The translations under genes and the position numbers were made by a program. A stretch of 64,000 bases of DNA from Bacteroidales bacterium (GTDB lineage: Bacteria > Bacteroidota > Bacteroidia > Bacteroidales > WCHB1-69), in the NCBI GenBank assembly GCA_017616775.1, contig JAFZXM010000013.1:9124-73123 (forward strand), written 5' to 3'. Below are positions 36,279 to 46,796 of this stretch, in pieces (position 1 is the stretch's first letter; every line of letters starts with the position of its first letter). The notes beneath the pieces were generated by a model that did no database searches, was not told where the DNA came from, and saw only the letters and a program-made list of their open reading frames with translations.

Positions 36279-38648
36279 TTATTGTTTTACTATTTTTTGA
36301 ATCCGGTTATTGCATTTAACTATATAAACACCGGCTGATAAATTGTCCATGGAAATAATGCCTTTATGGTTGGAAACGGGAATATTCCGAATCAGTTTGC
36401 CGGTAATGTCATACAAATAAGCAGTGGTGTTGTCCCAATCGGGAGTGTATATATATGCTTGAGAGCAAGTGGGGTTAGGATATACTTGCAAAGCATTGTT
36501 GATGGTGCCGGAATAGTCGTCTATATTTACATGGTCAAAATCGGCAGAGTTGACCATTTGTGTTCCGTATTGCAATTCCACATAGTTTGTATAGTTATTG
36601 TTATTGGAAAGCACCACATAGCTTTTTCCCGATTTGTGCACGGGTATGGAGAAAGTGCCGTGCGATAAAGCACCAAAGTTATAATCGGCATTGCCGGTGA
36701 TTTTGCCTGATTTAAAATTGGCGATATCGGCTTCGCTTACTACATAGGCGTTCACAGAGGCTGCGGTGGAAGTGCGTTCATAAAATGAAGATTGTTGTCC
36801 GTCAACGGGATTGTTACCGGTGGTAACGTTGGAAGCATTGATGGTTATTTGTAAACTATGGTCGGCATCGTATCTGTTTTGGTCGGAGGTGATATTGTTT
36901 CTGCTTGATGTAGCCGCACTCGGAAATCTGAACGAAAGCGGATATTCTTTTTTCGCTATGGTGTTGGCTGAAGTTATCAGTTGGTATACATTTCCGGATG
37001 TGGTAGGGAAAGATCCGAATTTGGGATGATATATTTTCATATAATATTTTTTGCCGGTACCCAATTGTACGTTTATTTCACCTTGGGCATTGGTCCATAA
37101 ATATCCGGCAGGCATAATATAGGTGGTGCCGTATTGGGTGTTGGTGGAATATAAATTTACTCTGGCGCCATCCACGGGCACACCGTCAGGGTCGGTGATG
37201 GTAAGTTTCATGGTACAAGCGGATGCTTGGGAATAAGTGGCAGACATATTGTACAGATATCCGCTGGGCACATATCCTTGTACCAGGGAGCTGTTCCATC
37301 CGTATCCTCCGTTGGTTTGCATATTGGTCATACCCCAATAATAGGGTCTTCCTTCGGAGCATCCTCCGCGGAAGAATTCAAAGTGATGCCATGTGGCATC
37401 GCCTCCGTCGTGTATGGCTGCCCACACGTGGTCATCACAAAAATCGCCGACATGTATGCAGGGGATGAGGGCGGTACGTGCTGCGGCAACAACCAGAAGG
37501 GCGTCTTCATGGCAATTGCCTACATGTTTCCACGCAATATGATTGGGTTGGGAAGGCCGGTAATCTTCGGAAGAAGTAACATCTTGCGGAATGCAGCGTG
37601 AAGCCCAGTTGCCCAAAACGTCCAATGCGCTTTGCGATGCGGAAAAATTACGGTTAAAGAAATAGATGCTGGGGTTTTCATTCCACAAATAGGTGGGCAT
37701 TTGCATCAATTGGCCCAAACGCGGAATGGTGTCTATGCGAATGGTATCGTATTTGCCGGAGGCGTCAACCACCTTGTAACCCCATGTGTTCACATTGTTA
37801 TAACTTCTGTCTGCCGTATCGGCGGTGTTAACGGCTTGGGAATAATTGTTCCACAGATAGTCTCTCCAAAAATAACCCCAAGTCCGCTGAGAGGTGATAG
37901 ACGTCAGGTTATCGGTAACATATACTCCTTCTTGTTCTATTTTCGGCATGACTATAAATTCATAGTAATAGTATTTGTCTATGCTGCGCCATATATAGTT
38001 GCTGCCTTGTTTAATGCAATATTCGGTGGTGGTATACCAATCTCCGGATGCAGTGTCGCCCGATTCCACCAAACGAACGTATTTGAGAGAATCGGCAATA
38101 AGATATATCATTGCGGCATCACTGACTAACTGATTCCAATCGCTGAAACGGGATGCGCTGAGAACTTCTTTGGGTAAATAGGTGAGCACATAGGCAACTT
38201 CATCCAAATATTTTTTAGGGGTGGCATTGATTAAACCAACCATTTTGGAGCGGGTGTTGTCATTGGATTGTTGAAAGCGGAAGCGCAAATCATATTGCAG
38301 CCATTGAGGTACACGCTTAATGGCATTTTCAATAGCGGTGCCGAGTGTGCCGAAATGAGCACTGTCTTCGGTAACGGTGTTGTTTTCCACAACAAAAATA
38401 ACAGATTCACCCGGAGCGAGCAGACGTTTGCCGTTCATGGTGACTTTTTTCATGGCGTTAGTTTGCCATGGAGAGGAGGGTATATATTGGGCTTGGGGAA
38501 GAGCTATCCCTTCTATTGTTTCATTGGCAACAACGGAAGGATTTTTTATGCCTGCAATGTGGTCATTGGCTTTTTCTATGGTAATATTTTGAGCATAAAT
38601 GCCCATAGAACATAAAGTTGCGAGAAATAAAAAAACGATTCTTTTCAT
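36279..38648 (-). CDS. T9SS-secreted transglutaminase-like protein
   Basis: Signal peptide; GNCHEDA...AARTALIP, DHVWA, WHHFE; DPDGVPVDGARV domain; CTD VYPNPT..YDITGKL..LSAGVYIV..KIVK. Confidence 0.75.
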   Translation of the reverse strand: MKRIVFLFLATLCSMGIYAQNITIEKANDHIAGIKNPSVVANETIEGIALPQAQYIPSSPWQTNAMKKVTMNGKRLLAPGESVIFVVENNTVTEDSAHFGTLGTAIENAIKRVPQWLQYDLRFRFQQSNDNTRSKMVGLINATPKKYLDEVAYVLTYLPKEVLSASRFSDWNQLVSDAAMIYLIADSLKYVRLVESGDTASGDWYTTTEYCIKQGSNYIWRSIDKYYYYEFIVMPKIEQEGVYVTDNLTSITSQRTWGYFWRDYLWNNYSQAVNTADTADRSYNNVNTWGYKVVDASGKYDTIRIDTIPRLGQLMQMPTYLWNENPSIYFFNRNFSASQSALDVLGNWASRCIPQDVTSSEDYRPSQPNHIAWKHVGNCHEDALLVVAAARTALIPCIHVGDFCDDHVWAAIHDGGDATWHHFEFFRGGCSEGRPYYWGMTNMQTNGGYGWNSSLVQGYVPSGYLYNMSATYSQASACTMKLTITDPDGVPVDGARVNLYSTNTQYGTTYIMPAGYLWTNAQGEINVQLGTGKKYYMKIYHPKFGSFPTTSGNVYQLITSANTIAKKEYPLSFRFPSAATSSRNNITSDQNRYDADHSLQITINASNVTTGNNPVDGQQSSFYERTSTAASVNAYVVSEADIANFKSGKITGNADYNFGALSHGTFSIPVHKSGKSYVVLSNNNNYTNYVELQYGTQMVNSADFDHVNIDDYSGTINNALQVYPNPTCSQAYIYTPDWDNTTAYLYDITGKLIRNIPVSNHKGIISMDNLSAGVYIVKCNNRIQKIVKQ

Positions 38649-38704
38649 ATTCCGGATATTAAGATTAAATTATACACATCAATTAATTGAAAGATTATAA
38701 AATG

Positions 38705-38712
38705 CAAAGATA
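38705..38712 (-). promoter_or_regulatory. Bacteroidetes -7 element TAnnTTTG (representative minus-strand copy)
   Basis: TATCTTTG on the minus strand. Equivalent copies at 2953-2960, 4961-4968, 10422-10429, 54006-54013, 54960-54967 and 60031-60038, each upstream of a minus-strand gene. Confidence 0.7.
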
Positions 38713-38798
38713 TAAAAAAAAATAAAGCAAATAACAGGCAATATATGTGTTTTTATAAATAAAAATGATACTTTTGCCGTATCAAATAAAATTCCGGG

Positions 38799-39851
38799 AT
38801 GAAAGAGATAATAAACAGTTTGGTTGTCAACCGTAATTTGCCCGAAAAAGACATGAAAATGCTTTTAACGTGCGACAGCTCCGCCGATGCTTATTTGTAC
38901 GAACAGGCGCAAAAGGTGCGGCAGCAATATTACGGGAATGATATATATATCCGCGGTTTGATAGAAATGAGCAATTATTGTAAAAACAACTGCTATTATT
39001 GCGGCATACGGGCCGGCAATCAGGAAGTTTCGCGTTACAGGCTGTCGGCAGAAGAAATACTGTCGTGTTGCGGGCAGGGCTATCAGTTGGGATTCAGAAC
39101 TTTTGTTTTGCAAGGCGGCGAAGACATGTATTATACCGATGCCATCATGGTGGATATCATATCCGCCATACGCAGCAAATATCCGGATTGTGCCATCACT
39201 TTATCGTTGGGAGAACGCAGCTATGAAACCTACAAAGCCTATTTCGACGCAGGCGCCGACAGGTATTTGTTAAGACATGAAACAGCAGATTTTTATCACT
39301 ATAGTCAATTGCACCCCGATACTCTGTCGGCAGAAAACAGACAAAGATGTCTCTATGACTTGAAACGCATCGGATATCAGGTGGGAACGGGATTTATGGT
39401 GGGCTCACCATATCAAACACCGGAGCATTTGGTAAAAGATTTGAATTTTATCGCCCGGTTGCAACCGCAGATGGTGGGCATAGGTCCGTTTATCCCTCAT
39501 CATCAAACTCCGTTTGCGGATTTCCCGCAGGGAAGCGTAGCCCTTACCCTGCGATTAATTGCCATTTTGCGTTTGATGCTGCCGGCGGTGCTGTTGCCTG
39601 CCACCACGGCTTTGGGTACTCTTGACCCGCAAGGAAGAGAAAAAGGCATTTTGGCGGGAGCCAATGTAATCATGCCGAATCTTTCCCCTGTATCTGTCAG
39701 AAAAAAATATCAAATTTATGACCATAAAATTTGTACCGGTGAAGAAGCCGCAGAATGCAGATTCTGCCTCCAAAAAAGAATAGAATCTATCGGTTATCAA
39801 ATAGTGGTGGACAGAGGAGACGCAAAACAATATACCAAAAACCAAATGTGA
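38799..39851 (+). CDS. hydE: [FeFe]-hydrogenase H-cluster radical SAM maturase HydE
   Basis: RGLIE.SNYCKNNCYYCG, VLQGGED, RYLLRHETA, GIGPFIPH..TP, PATTAL, GANV.MPNLSP, YQIYD.KIC. Confidence 0.85.
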   Translation: MKEIINSLVVNRNLPEKDMKMLLTCDSSADAYLYEQAQKVRQQYYGNDIYIRGLIEMSNYCKNNCYYCGIRAGNQEVSRYRLSAEEILSCCGQGYQLGFRTFVLQGGEDMYYTDAIMVDIISAIRSKYPDCAITLSLGERSYETYKAYFDAGADRYLLRHETADFYHYSQLHPDTLSAENRQRCLYDLKRIGYQVGTGFMVGSPYQTPEHLVKDLNFIARLQPQMVGIGPFIPHHQTPFADFPQGSVALTLRLIAILRLMLPAVLLPATTALGTLDPQGREKGILAGANVIMPNLSPVSVRKKYQIYDHKICTGEEAAECRFCLQKRIESIGYQIVVDRGDAKQYTKNQM

Positions 39852-40216
39852 TGGCAGAACATAATGATATCGGAAAATTCGGAGAACAAAAGGTGTGTGA
39901 ATATTTGACAGAGCAAGGCTACAAAATTCTTGCAAATAATTGGCATATAGGAAGTTATGAAATTGACATCATTGCTTTAAAAAATGGTGTTTTATGTTTT
40001 GTTGAAGTAAAGACCCGTACTTCTGCCTATTATGGTGAGCCGGAGGTGTTTGTTACCAAATCCAAACAAAAAAACATTATTGCCGCCGCCGCCAGATATG
40101 TAGAAATATATCACAGAAGCGAGGAAATCCGTTTTGACATTGCATCGGTATTGATACAAAACAAGCAGGTATCCGTTCATTACATTCAGGATGCTTTTCA
40201 TAGCAGTTGGAAATGA
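39851..40216 (+). CDS. YraN family protein
   Basis: G..GE, EIDIIA, FVEVKTR, RFDI. Confidence 0.92.
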   Translation: MAEHNDIGKFGEQKVCEYLTEQGYKILANNWHIGSYEIDIIALKNGVLCFVEVKTRTSAYYGEPEVFVTKSKQKNIIAAAARYVEIYHRSEEIRFDIASVLIQNKQVSVHYIQDAFHSSWK

Positions 40217-40317
40217 AGTTGATAGTATAATAATGCGGATGACGGAGAATAGGAAAGTGTGCAATATGCAAAAAAAATGTTATCTTTGCAAATTATGCAT
40301 TTGTAATTAGTGTGCAC

Positions 40318-41064
40318 ATGAAGTTATTAGAAGGGGAAGTGGCCTTAATCACAGGAGCTTCCAAAGGTATAGGAAGGGAAATTGCAAAGGTGTTTGCCCA
40401 ACATGGGGCTCATGTGGCTTTTACCGATTTATGTGAAGACGAAGATGCTTTGTCTTTGATGCAAATATTAGAGCAGGAAGGGGTAAAGCACGCGTTTTAT
40501 GTTTCCGACGCTTCGTCTTACGAAGATTCTCAGCGTATGGCAGAGCAGGTGTATGCGGATTTCGGAGCCATAGATATTTTGGTCAACAATGCAGGCATCA
40601 CCCGCGATAATTTGCTTTTACGCATGAATGAAGAGGATTTTGACAAAGTGATCAACGTGAATTTAAAATCGGTGTTTAATTTAATCAAGTCGGTGCAGCC
40701 GGTCATGCTCAAACAGCGAAAGGGTTCCATTATCAATATGAGTTCTGTAGTGGGTTTGCAAGGTAACGCAGGTCAAGTAAATTATGCGGCTTCCAAGGCG
40801 GGCATATTGGGTATTACCAAAAGTGTTGCCAAAGAATTGGGAAGCCGTAATATCCGGTGCAATGCCATTGCCCCCGGATTTATTGACACCGCCATGACAC
40901 GGCAAATCAAAGAAGAACTTCGCAACGCATGGATACAAAATATACCTTTACGCAGGGCGGGAACAGTGAAAGATGTTGCGGAAACGGCGGTATATTTGGC
41001 AAGCAGTTTGTCTTCCTATGTCACGGGACAAGTGCTCAGTTGCGACGGAGGCATGCACATGTAA
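40318..41064 (+). CDS. fabG: 3-oxoacyl-ACP reductase
   Basis: TGASKGIG, NNAGITRD, YAASK, IAPGFI.T.MT. Confidence 0.93.
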   Translation: MKLLEGEVALITGASKGIGREIAKVFAQHGAHVAFTDLCEDEDALSLMQILEQEGVKHAFYVSDASSYEDSQRMAEQVYADFGAIDILVNNAGITRDNLLLRMNEEDFDKVINVNLKSVFNLIKSVQPVMLKQRKGSIINMSSVVGLQGNAGQVNYAASKAGILGITKSVAKELGSRNIRCNAIAPGFIDTAMTRQIKEELRNAWIQNIPLRRAGTVKDVAETAVYLASSLSSYVTGQVLSCDGGMHM

Positions 41065-41071
41065 TTTAACA

Positions 41072-41650
41072 ATGAGGGATATGAATGGCAAATTGTGGAC
41101 AATAGCGTTAAAATGGGGAGCTATAGCTGCCGTTACGGCAATGCTTACAGATATTGTCAATAAATATTGTATGCATGGCAAGCCGGAGTGGACAGAACAT
41201 CTGTTTATACTGATAACATTCATTGTTATAGTAGCTTGTATCTATTTTGCCATTAGGGAATATCGCAGAAAAAAGCAGGCGGAAGAATTTTTGTTTTCCG
41301 ACGGTATATCGGTAAGTGCCGTAATGATATTGTGTTATGGAATATTTTTTTCCATGTATTTCATAGTGCTTTCCCAATGTGTGGACAAGCAGTTGATAGA
41401 CAGATATAAAGAACAACAGATAATAAAAATAGAACAAAGCAATCAAATACAAAGCGGCAAAGATGCGGCTGTGGCAAGTTTAAAAGAGGCCACTATGGTT
41501 TCGTTGCTGGTGGGTAATTTTTTGCAAATGATGATATTTCCGTTTACCATAGCCTTATTTTTATCGGTAGGCATGCAGCGGAGGAATAAGCAAATACAGC
41601 AGGAAAATCAAACACAACAAACAGATAAAGATAACGCGGATAAAATATAA
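41072..41650 (+). CDS. DUF4199-like membrane protein
   Basis: 4 TM helices; AIREYR, FSDG; sits before a GT2 gene, a typical Bacteroidetes context. Confidence 0.7.
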   Translation: MRDMNGKLWTIALKWGAIAAVTAMLTDIVNKYCMHGKPEWTEHLFILITFIVIVACIYFAIREYRRKKQAEEFLFSDGISVSAVMILCYGIFFSMYFIVLSQCVDKQLIDRYKEQQIIKIEQSNQIQSGKDAAVASLKEATMVSLLVGNFLQMMIFPFTIALFLSVGMQRRNKQIQQENQTQQTDKDNADKI

Positions 41651-41655
41651 ATAAG

Positions 41656-42624
41656 ATGGATATTTCAGTAGTAGTGCCATTGTTAAACGAAGAAGAATCA
41701 TTGTCAGAGCTCACTTCATGGATAGAAAAAGTGATGGAGGAGCACGGTTATAGCTATGAAATAATAATGGTAGATGACGGCAGCACCGACGGTTCATGGA
41801 ATAAAATAGAGCAATTGCGGTCACAAAATGAAAAAATCAAAGGGATAAGGTTTCGCCGCAATTACGGCAAGTCGGCAGCCCTGAATGTGGGTTTTGAGCA
41901 TGTGCAGGGAGATGTGGTGATTACCATGGATGCGGATTTGCAGGACAGCCCTGATGAAATACCGGAATTGTACCGTATGATCAAAGAAGAGGATTATGAT
42001 TTGGTATCAGGTTGGAAAAAAGTGCGTTATGATTCTAAAATAGCCAAAAACATTCCTTCAAAATTTTTTAATTGGACCACCCGGCGTATATCCCACATAT
42101 CTTTACACGACTTTAATTGCGGACTTAAAGCCTATAAAAAAGAGGTGGTTAAAACGATAGAGGTTTATGGGGAAATGCATCGTTATATTCCTGTGATAGC
42201 CAAATGGGCGGGTTTTAACAAAATAGGAGAAAAGGTGGTGCATCACCAAAAACGAAAATTCGGTGTTACCAAATTCGGATGGGATAGATTTATCAATGGT
42301 TTTTTGGATTTGGTATCCATCACCTTCGTATCCAAATTCGGCAAAAAGCCCATGCATTTTTTCGGTTTGTGGGGTACGGTATCGTTTTTGATAGGTTTTG
42401 GTATAACCATATGGCTGATAGCGGAAAAGTTGGTTAATATATCCAGGCATGTGACATATTTCCGGCAAGTTACCGACCAGCCCTTGTTTTATTTGGCTTT
42501 GTTGGCCATGATATTTGGGTTAATGTTGTTTTTGGCCGGTTTTTTGGGAGAACTTATTGCCCGGAATTCCAATGACAGAAACAAATACATTATCAAGCAG
42601 AAAACAGACAATTATAGTGAATAA
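41656..42624 (+). CDS. glycosyltransferase family 2 (ArnC/DPM1-like)
   Basis: VVPLLNEE, VDDGSTD, RNYGKS, MDADLQD, DFNCGLK, two C-terminal TM helices. Confidence 0.93.
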   Translation: MDISVVVPLLNEEESLSELTSWIEKVMEEHGYSYEIIMVDDGSTDGSWNKIEQLRSQNEKIKGIRFRRNYGKSAALNVGFEHVQGDVVITMDADLQDSPDEIPELYRMIKEEDYDLVSGWKKVRYDSKIAKNIPSKFFNWTTRRISHISLHDFNCGLKAYKKEVVKTIEVYGEMHRYIPVIAKWAGFNKIGEKVVHHQKRKFGVTKFGWDRFINGFLDLVSITFVSKFGKKPMHFFGLWGTVSFLIGFGITIWLIAEKLVNISRHVTYFRQVTDQPLFYLALLAMIFGLMLFLAGFLGELIARNSNDRNKYIIKQKTDNYSE

Positions 42625-42630
42625 AAAGTG

Positions 42631-43773
42631 ATGGAAAACCAACGAAAGGTGATAATATTGGGGAGTGCGTATCCTTTGCGGGGAGGGGGGATAGCCACTT
42701 TTAACGAACGTTTGGCCCGGGCGTATATAGATAATGGATATGATACGGAAATAATCACCTTCAGTTTGCAATATCCGTCAATATTATTTCCCGGTAAAAC
42801 ACAGTTATCAACAGAGGAGCCTCCCAAGGGGTTGAAAATCAAAGTAATGATGAATTCAATCAATCCTTTTAACTGGCTGAAGGTGGGAAGGTATATTAAA
42901 AAAATGCGGCCGGATATAGTAATTGTTCGTTATTGGACGCCGTTCATGGGTCCGTGTTTGGGTACCATATCCCGCATAATACGTCGTAACAAGCACACCA
43001 AAGTGGTAACTATAGCGGATAATATTTTTCCGCATGAAAGAAATTTCTTAGACACCTTGTTGTCTTCGTATTTTGTACGGAGTGTTGACGGGTTTGTCAC
43101 CATGTCGCAAAGTGTGTTAAACGATTTGAAGCATTTTACCGATACAAAACCGATGGCATATACTTTGCATCCGTTATACGACAATTTCGGAGCCGTGGTT
43201 CCGCAGAAGCAGGCATTGCAGGAGCTTCAGTTGGATCCGGATTACAATTATGTTTTATTTTTCGGGTTTATACGGGATTATAAAGGTTTGGATTTATTGT
43301 TGGATGCGTTTGCAAATCCGCAGTTGAAAGCCATGCCGGTAAAATTATTGGTAGCGGGAGAGTTTTATGTAAAGGAGGAAAAATATTTGCAGCAAATAGC
43401 CCGTTTGCAGTTGGAAGACAAGGTGGTTCTGCACACCCGTTTTATTCCCAACACCCAGGTGGCTTTATATTTCAGTGCGGCGCATTTGATAGCGCAGCCC
43501 TACAAAAGTGCAACCCAGAGCGGGGTTACACAAGTAGCCTATCATTTTGAAAAGCCGATAGTTACCACCAATGTCGGCGGTTTGGCGGAAATAGTAAGCA
43601 ATGGAAAAGTGGGGTTTGTTGTCAATCCGGATAGTGCAGAAATAGCACAGGCTGTAATACGGTTTTTTGAAGAAAATCTTTATGATACTTTTCATGCTGC
43701 CATGAAGGAGGAGAAAAAGCGGTTCAGTTGGGACAGAATGGTTGAAACCATTAATAAAATAAGCCTTGAATAG
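42631..43773 (+). CDS. glycosyltransferase family 4
   Basis: P.RGGGIA, FFGFIR.YKG.D, PYKSATQSGV, VGGLAE. Confidence 0.92.
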   Translation: MENQRKVIILGSAYPLRGGGIATFNERLARAYIDNGYDTEIITFSLQYPSILFPGKTQLSTEEPPKGLKIKVMMNSINPFNWLKVGRYIKKMRPDIVIVRYWTPFMGPCLGTISRIIRRNKHTKVVTIADNIFPHERNFLDTLLSSYFVRSVDGFVTMSQSVLNDLKHFTDTKPMAYTLHPLYDNFGAVVPQKQALQELQLDPDYNYVLFFGFIRDYKGLDLLLDAFANPQLKAMPVKLLVAGEFYVKEEKYLQQIARLQLEDKVVLHTRFIPNTQVALYFSAAHLIAQPYKSATQSGVTQVAYHFEKPIVTTNVGGLAEIVSNGKVGFVVNPDSAEIAQAVIRFFEENLYDTFHAAMKEEKKRFSWDRMVETINKISLE

Positions 43774-43782
43774 CAGCCGGCA

Positions 43783-46677
43783 TTATTCCACCATTTTGTA
43801 AGCAAAGGAATGCACCAGTGAGCGAATGCTCATTTGGGTTATTTTGTTATTGTCGGCAGAGGGATTAACCCTGTTGGACAGAAATATGTATATTAAATCA
43901 TAGCGAGGGTCTATCCAAATAAAAGTTCCTGTAAATCCGCTATGTCCATAGCTGAGGGGGGAAGCTGAAGAGCAGCACGGACTGGCCATTTTTCCTCTGG
44001 CTGGTTTGTCGAATCCCAAACCTCTTCTGCAATTGCTTTCTTTTGGGAAATAATAATTAGTGAAGGTTTCCACTGTTTGGGGTTTTAAATACCGGTGACC
44101 TTTATATAATCCTTTGTCCAAGAGCATTTGGCATATTGCCAAGAGGTCTTCGGCGGTGGAGAATAAACCTGCGTGTCCGGAAACTCCGCCGAGCATGGCA
44201 GCCCCTTGGTCGTGAACATATCCGCATAACAGTTGTTTGCGGAACAAGGTATCGTTTTCGGTAGGTGCTATCATGTTTTCCTCTATTTTTTTCAAAGGGT
44301 TGAAAGTGGTGTTTTCCAAGCCCATGGGCTTATAAAATTGTTGGTCAACATATACATCCAAAGTAAGTCCGCTTATTTGTTTTACTATGGCAGCCAACAG
44401 ATAAAATCCCAAATCGCTATATAAATAGTTATTGTTGCCTTTGAGAGCGCATTGGCTTATTCGTAATGAAAGAGTGTCTTCAAAATCGGTCCGCAGATAT
44501 AAATTGTCGGCAACATGTATGGCATATTCGGGAGAATAGTTTTTTTGCCACCATTCTTCTTTAAAAGAATAGTCTTTGTTAAGGGTTTCTTTGTAAAAAG
44601 GAATCCATGCTTGAAGTCCTGCCGTGTGGGTGAGTAATTGGTAAATTTTAATGTTTTCTTTGTTACTGCCTTTTAAATAAGGCAGGTATTTGCTGATTTT
44701 ATCGTTAAGATTGATTTTGTTTTCTTCATAAAGTTTCATAACGGCAAGGGTGGTAGCCATTACTTTGGTTACCGATGCCAAATCGTAAACGGTGGAGGCG
44801 GTCACTCTACGCAGGTCGTTGTAAGAATAGGTGCCGTAACATTGGTTGTAGAGTATATGTTTTCCTTGTGCTATAATGACATTACATCCGGGAAAGGCTT
44901 GTTCGGCAATGGCATTATTAATAATTTCATCAATTTTTGTTTTGTAGAAAATATGATTTTTTTCATGTGCGTTTTTCTTATAATTTTTAGTGGTAATACC
45001 GGTGTTATAGGCAAATTGGTCAAGCTCTATCGGCAAATGTCCCGTAATGGCTTTGACTCCGCATACAGCTTCCGCCAATGCCGTTTCGGCAACGTCTGTG
45101 GGATGATATCCAATGACTATGGCGGCAAATTTATCGGCAAAAGGCAATTCGTTAATGGCATAGGGATTGCCGGGCAATAGTAGCACTACGGGAATATTTC
45201 CGGAGGTGAGAGAATCCAACAGGCGTATGGTTTGTTCATTCATTCCATACCGTTTTTGCGGATATTGGTTCAAATTGGACAAACTCACTATTATATAGTC
45301 CGCATCTTCTTTGGCTTTGTAGATTTCTTCTTTTTTTTGCATCAAATTCTCTTTCGCTTCTATAACATTGATATTTAAATATTTGTTAAACACCTCTGTC
45401 ATGGCTGTTGATGCAGATTTGGCTTCCCGAAGATACAGACCTTGTTTTTTGTGGCTCAAAGGAATAATATTGTTTTGATTGCTTAACAATGTGATGGCTT
45501 TTTCCATCAATTGTCCGTTTAGAGTATGGATGGCCGGGGTATTGATATTTTTGTAAGTATTGATGTTATCTACATATAACGGATGCGGGATAACATATTT
45601 TTCTTTCATTTTCAATACTTTATAACATTTTTTGTTAATATCTTCCATGGTCAGGCGACCATCCAGAACGGCTTGTTTGACAGCCATGGAAACCATTTCA
45701 AAGTCGGCAGGCAATAACAATACGTCCGCACCGGCAATAAGACAACGCACCTCTAATTCTCCCTGAGGGTATTGTTTAACTATTCCGCCCATTTCCAAGC
45801 CGTCGGTAAACACTATGCCTTCAAATCCCATGGTATCTTTTAGAAGGGAGGTGGTGATATAGGATGAGGCGGTGGCTATGGAGGCGGTGTCAAGTGCTTT
45901 TACAAGCAGGTGGCCCACCATTATTGCATCCACGTGGTTTTTAATTAATTGAGCAAAGGGATAAAATTCTATTTCTTCAAGTCTGTTTAACGGATGGGAT
46001 ATAATGGGGGCATCTTTGTGAGAATCTATTTTAGTGTCTCCGTGGCCGGGGAAATGTTTGGCGCAAGCCATTACACCATTGTCTTGCATGCCTTTGGCAT
46101 AGGCGATACCGCATCGGGCTACCAATTGGGGATTGCCTCCAAAAGAACGGCTGTTGATAACGGGATTTTGGGAATTGTTGTTTACATCCACGCAGGGAGC
46201 AAAATTGACATGTATGCCCAATTGTCGGCATTGTTTAGCCATGAGCGCACCCATTTGATAGATGAGTGCGGTATCGTTGCCCGCTCCCAATGCCATTTGG
46301 CGCGGAAAAGAAGGAATGCTGTCAAGACGCATGCCCAAGCCCCATTCTCCGTCAATGCTTACAAGAAGAGGTATTTTGCTTATTGCCTGCAGCCGGTTGG
46401 TAAGGTTGGCTTGTCTGCAAGGCCCCCCTTGAAAAAAGCATACACCCCCCACCTGATAATCATTAACATATTGTACTAAATTGGCACAATAGGCTTCATC
46501 CTTGTCGGAATGTGCTCTTATCATCATCAACTGGGCTATTTTTTGGTCCAGACTCAATGTTTGTAATACCGAATCCGCCCATGATGTTTGAGGAGTATAA
46601 GACGGTTGGACAATAGCCGCCGAAAAGCATATTGCGGACAAACAACAGAGAAAAAAGATACGACTATATGGTTTCAT
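43783..46677 (-). CDS. GH3 beta-N-acetylglucosaminidase fused to a beta-lactamase-family serine hydrolase
   Basis: DGEWG, KHFPGHG....DSH, FTDGL.M (NagZ-type); C-terminal LASVTK, YSD, GHAGLF, GHSGFTG. Confidence 0.92.
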   Translation of the reverse strand: MKPYSRIFFLCCLSAICFSAAIVQPSYTPQTSWADSVLQTLSLDQKIAQLMMIRAHSDKDEAYCANLVQYVNDYQVGGVCFFQGGPCRQANLTNRLQAISKIPLLVSIDGEWGLGMRLDSIPSFPRQMALGAGNDTALIYQMGALMAKQCRQLGIHVNFAPCVDVNNNSQNPVINSRSFGGNPQLVARCGIAYAKGMQDNGVMACAKHFPGHGDTKIDSHKDAPIISHPLNRLEEIEFYPFAQLIKNHVDAIMVGHLLVKALDTASIATASSYITTSLLKDTMGFEGIVFTDGLEMGGIVKQYPQGELEVRCLIAGADVLLLPADFEMVSMAVKQAVLDGRLTMEDINKKCYKVLKMKEKYVIPHPLYVDNINTYKNINTPAIHTLNGQLMEKAITLLSNQNNIIPLSHKKQGLYLREAKSASTAMTEVFNKYLNINVIEAKENLMQKKEEIYKAKEDADYIIVSLSNLNQYPQKRYGMNEQTIRLLDSLTSGNIPVVLLLPGNPYAINELPFADKFAAIVIGYHPTDVAETALAEAVCGVKAITGHLPIELDQFAYNTGITTKNYKKNAHEKNHIFYKTKIDEIINNAIAEQAFPGCNVIIAQGKHILYNQCYGTYSYNDLRRVTASTVYDLASVTKVMATTLAVMKLYEENKINLNDKISKYLPYLKGSNKENIKIYQLLTHTAGLQAWIPFYKETLNKDYSFKEEWWQKNYSPEYAIHVADNLYLRTDFEDTLSLRISQCALKGNNNYLYSDLGFYLLAAIVKQISGLTLDVYVDQQFYKPMGLENTTFNPLKKIEENMIAPTENDTLFRKQLLCGYVHDQGAAMLGGVSGHAGLFSTAEDLLAICQMLLDKGLYKGHRYLKPQTVETFTNYYFPKESNCRRGLGFDKPARGKMASPCCSSASPLSYGHSGFTGTFIWIDPRYDLIYIFLSNRVNPSADNNKITQMSIRSLVHSFAYKMVE

Positions 46678-46796
46678 ATTGCATGCCTGATTATAATATG
46701 CAAAATAATACAAAATATTTTCTCGTAAAATAATTTGACTCACAAAATTTTTAACATCAATTTGTGAGTAAAGAAATAACGGGAAACAACAGGTGT

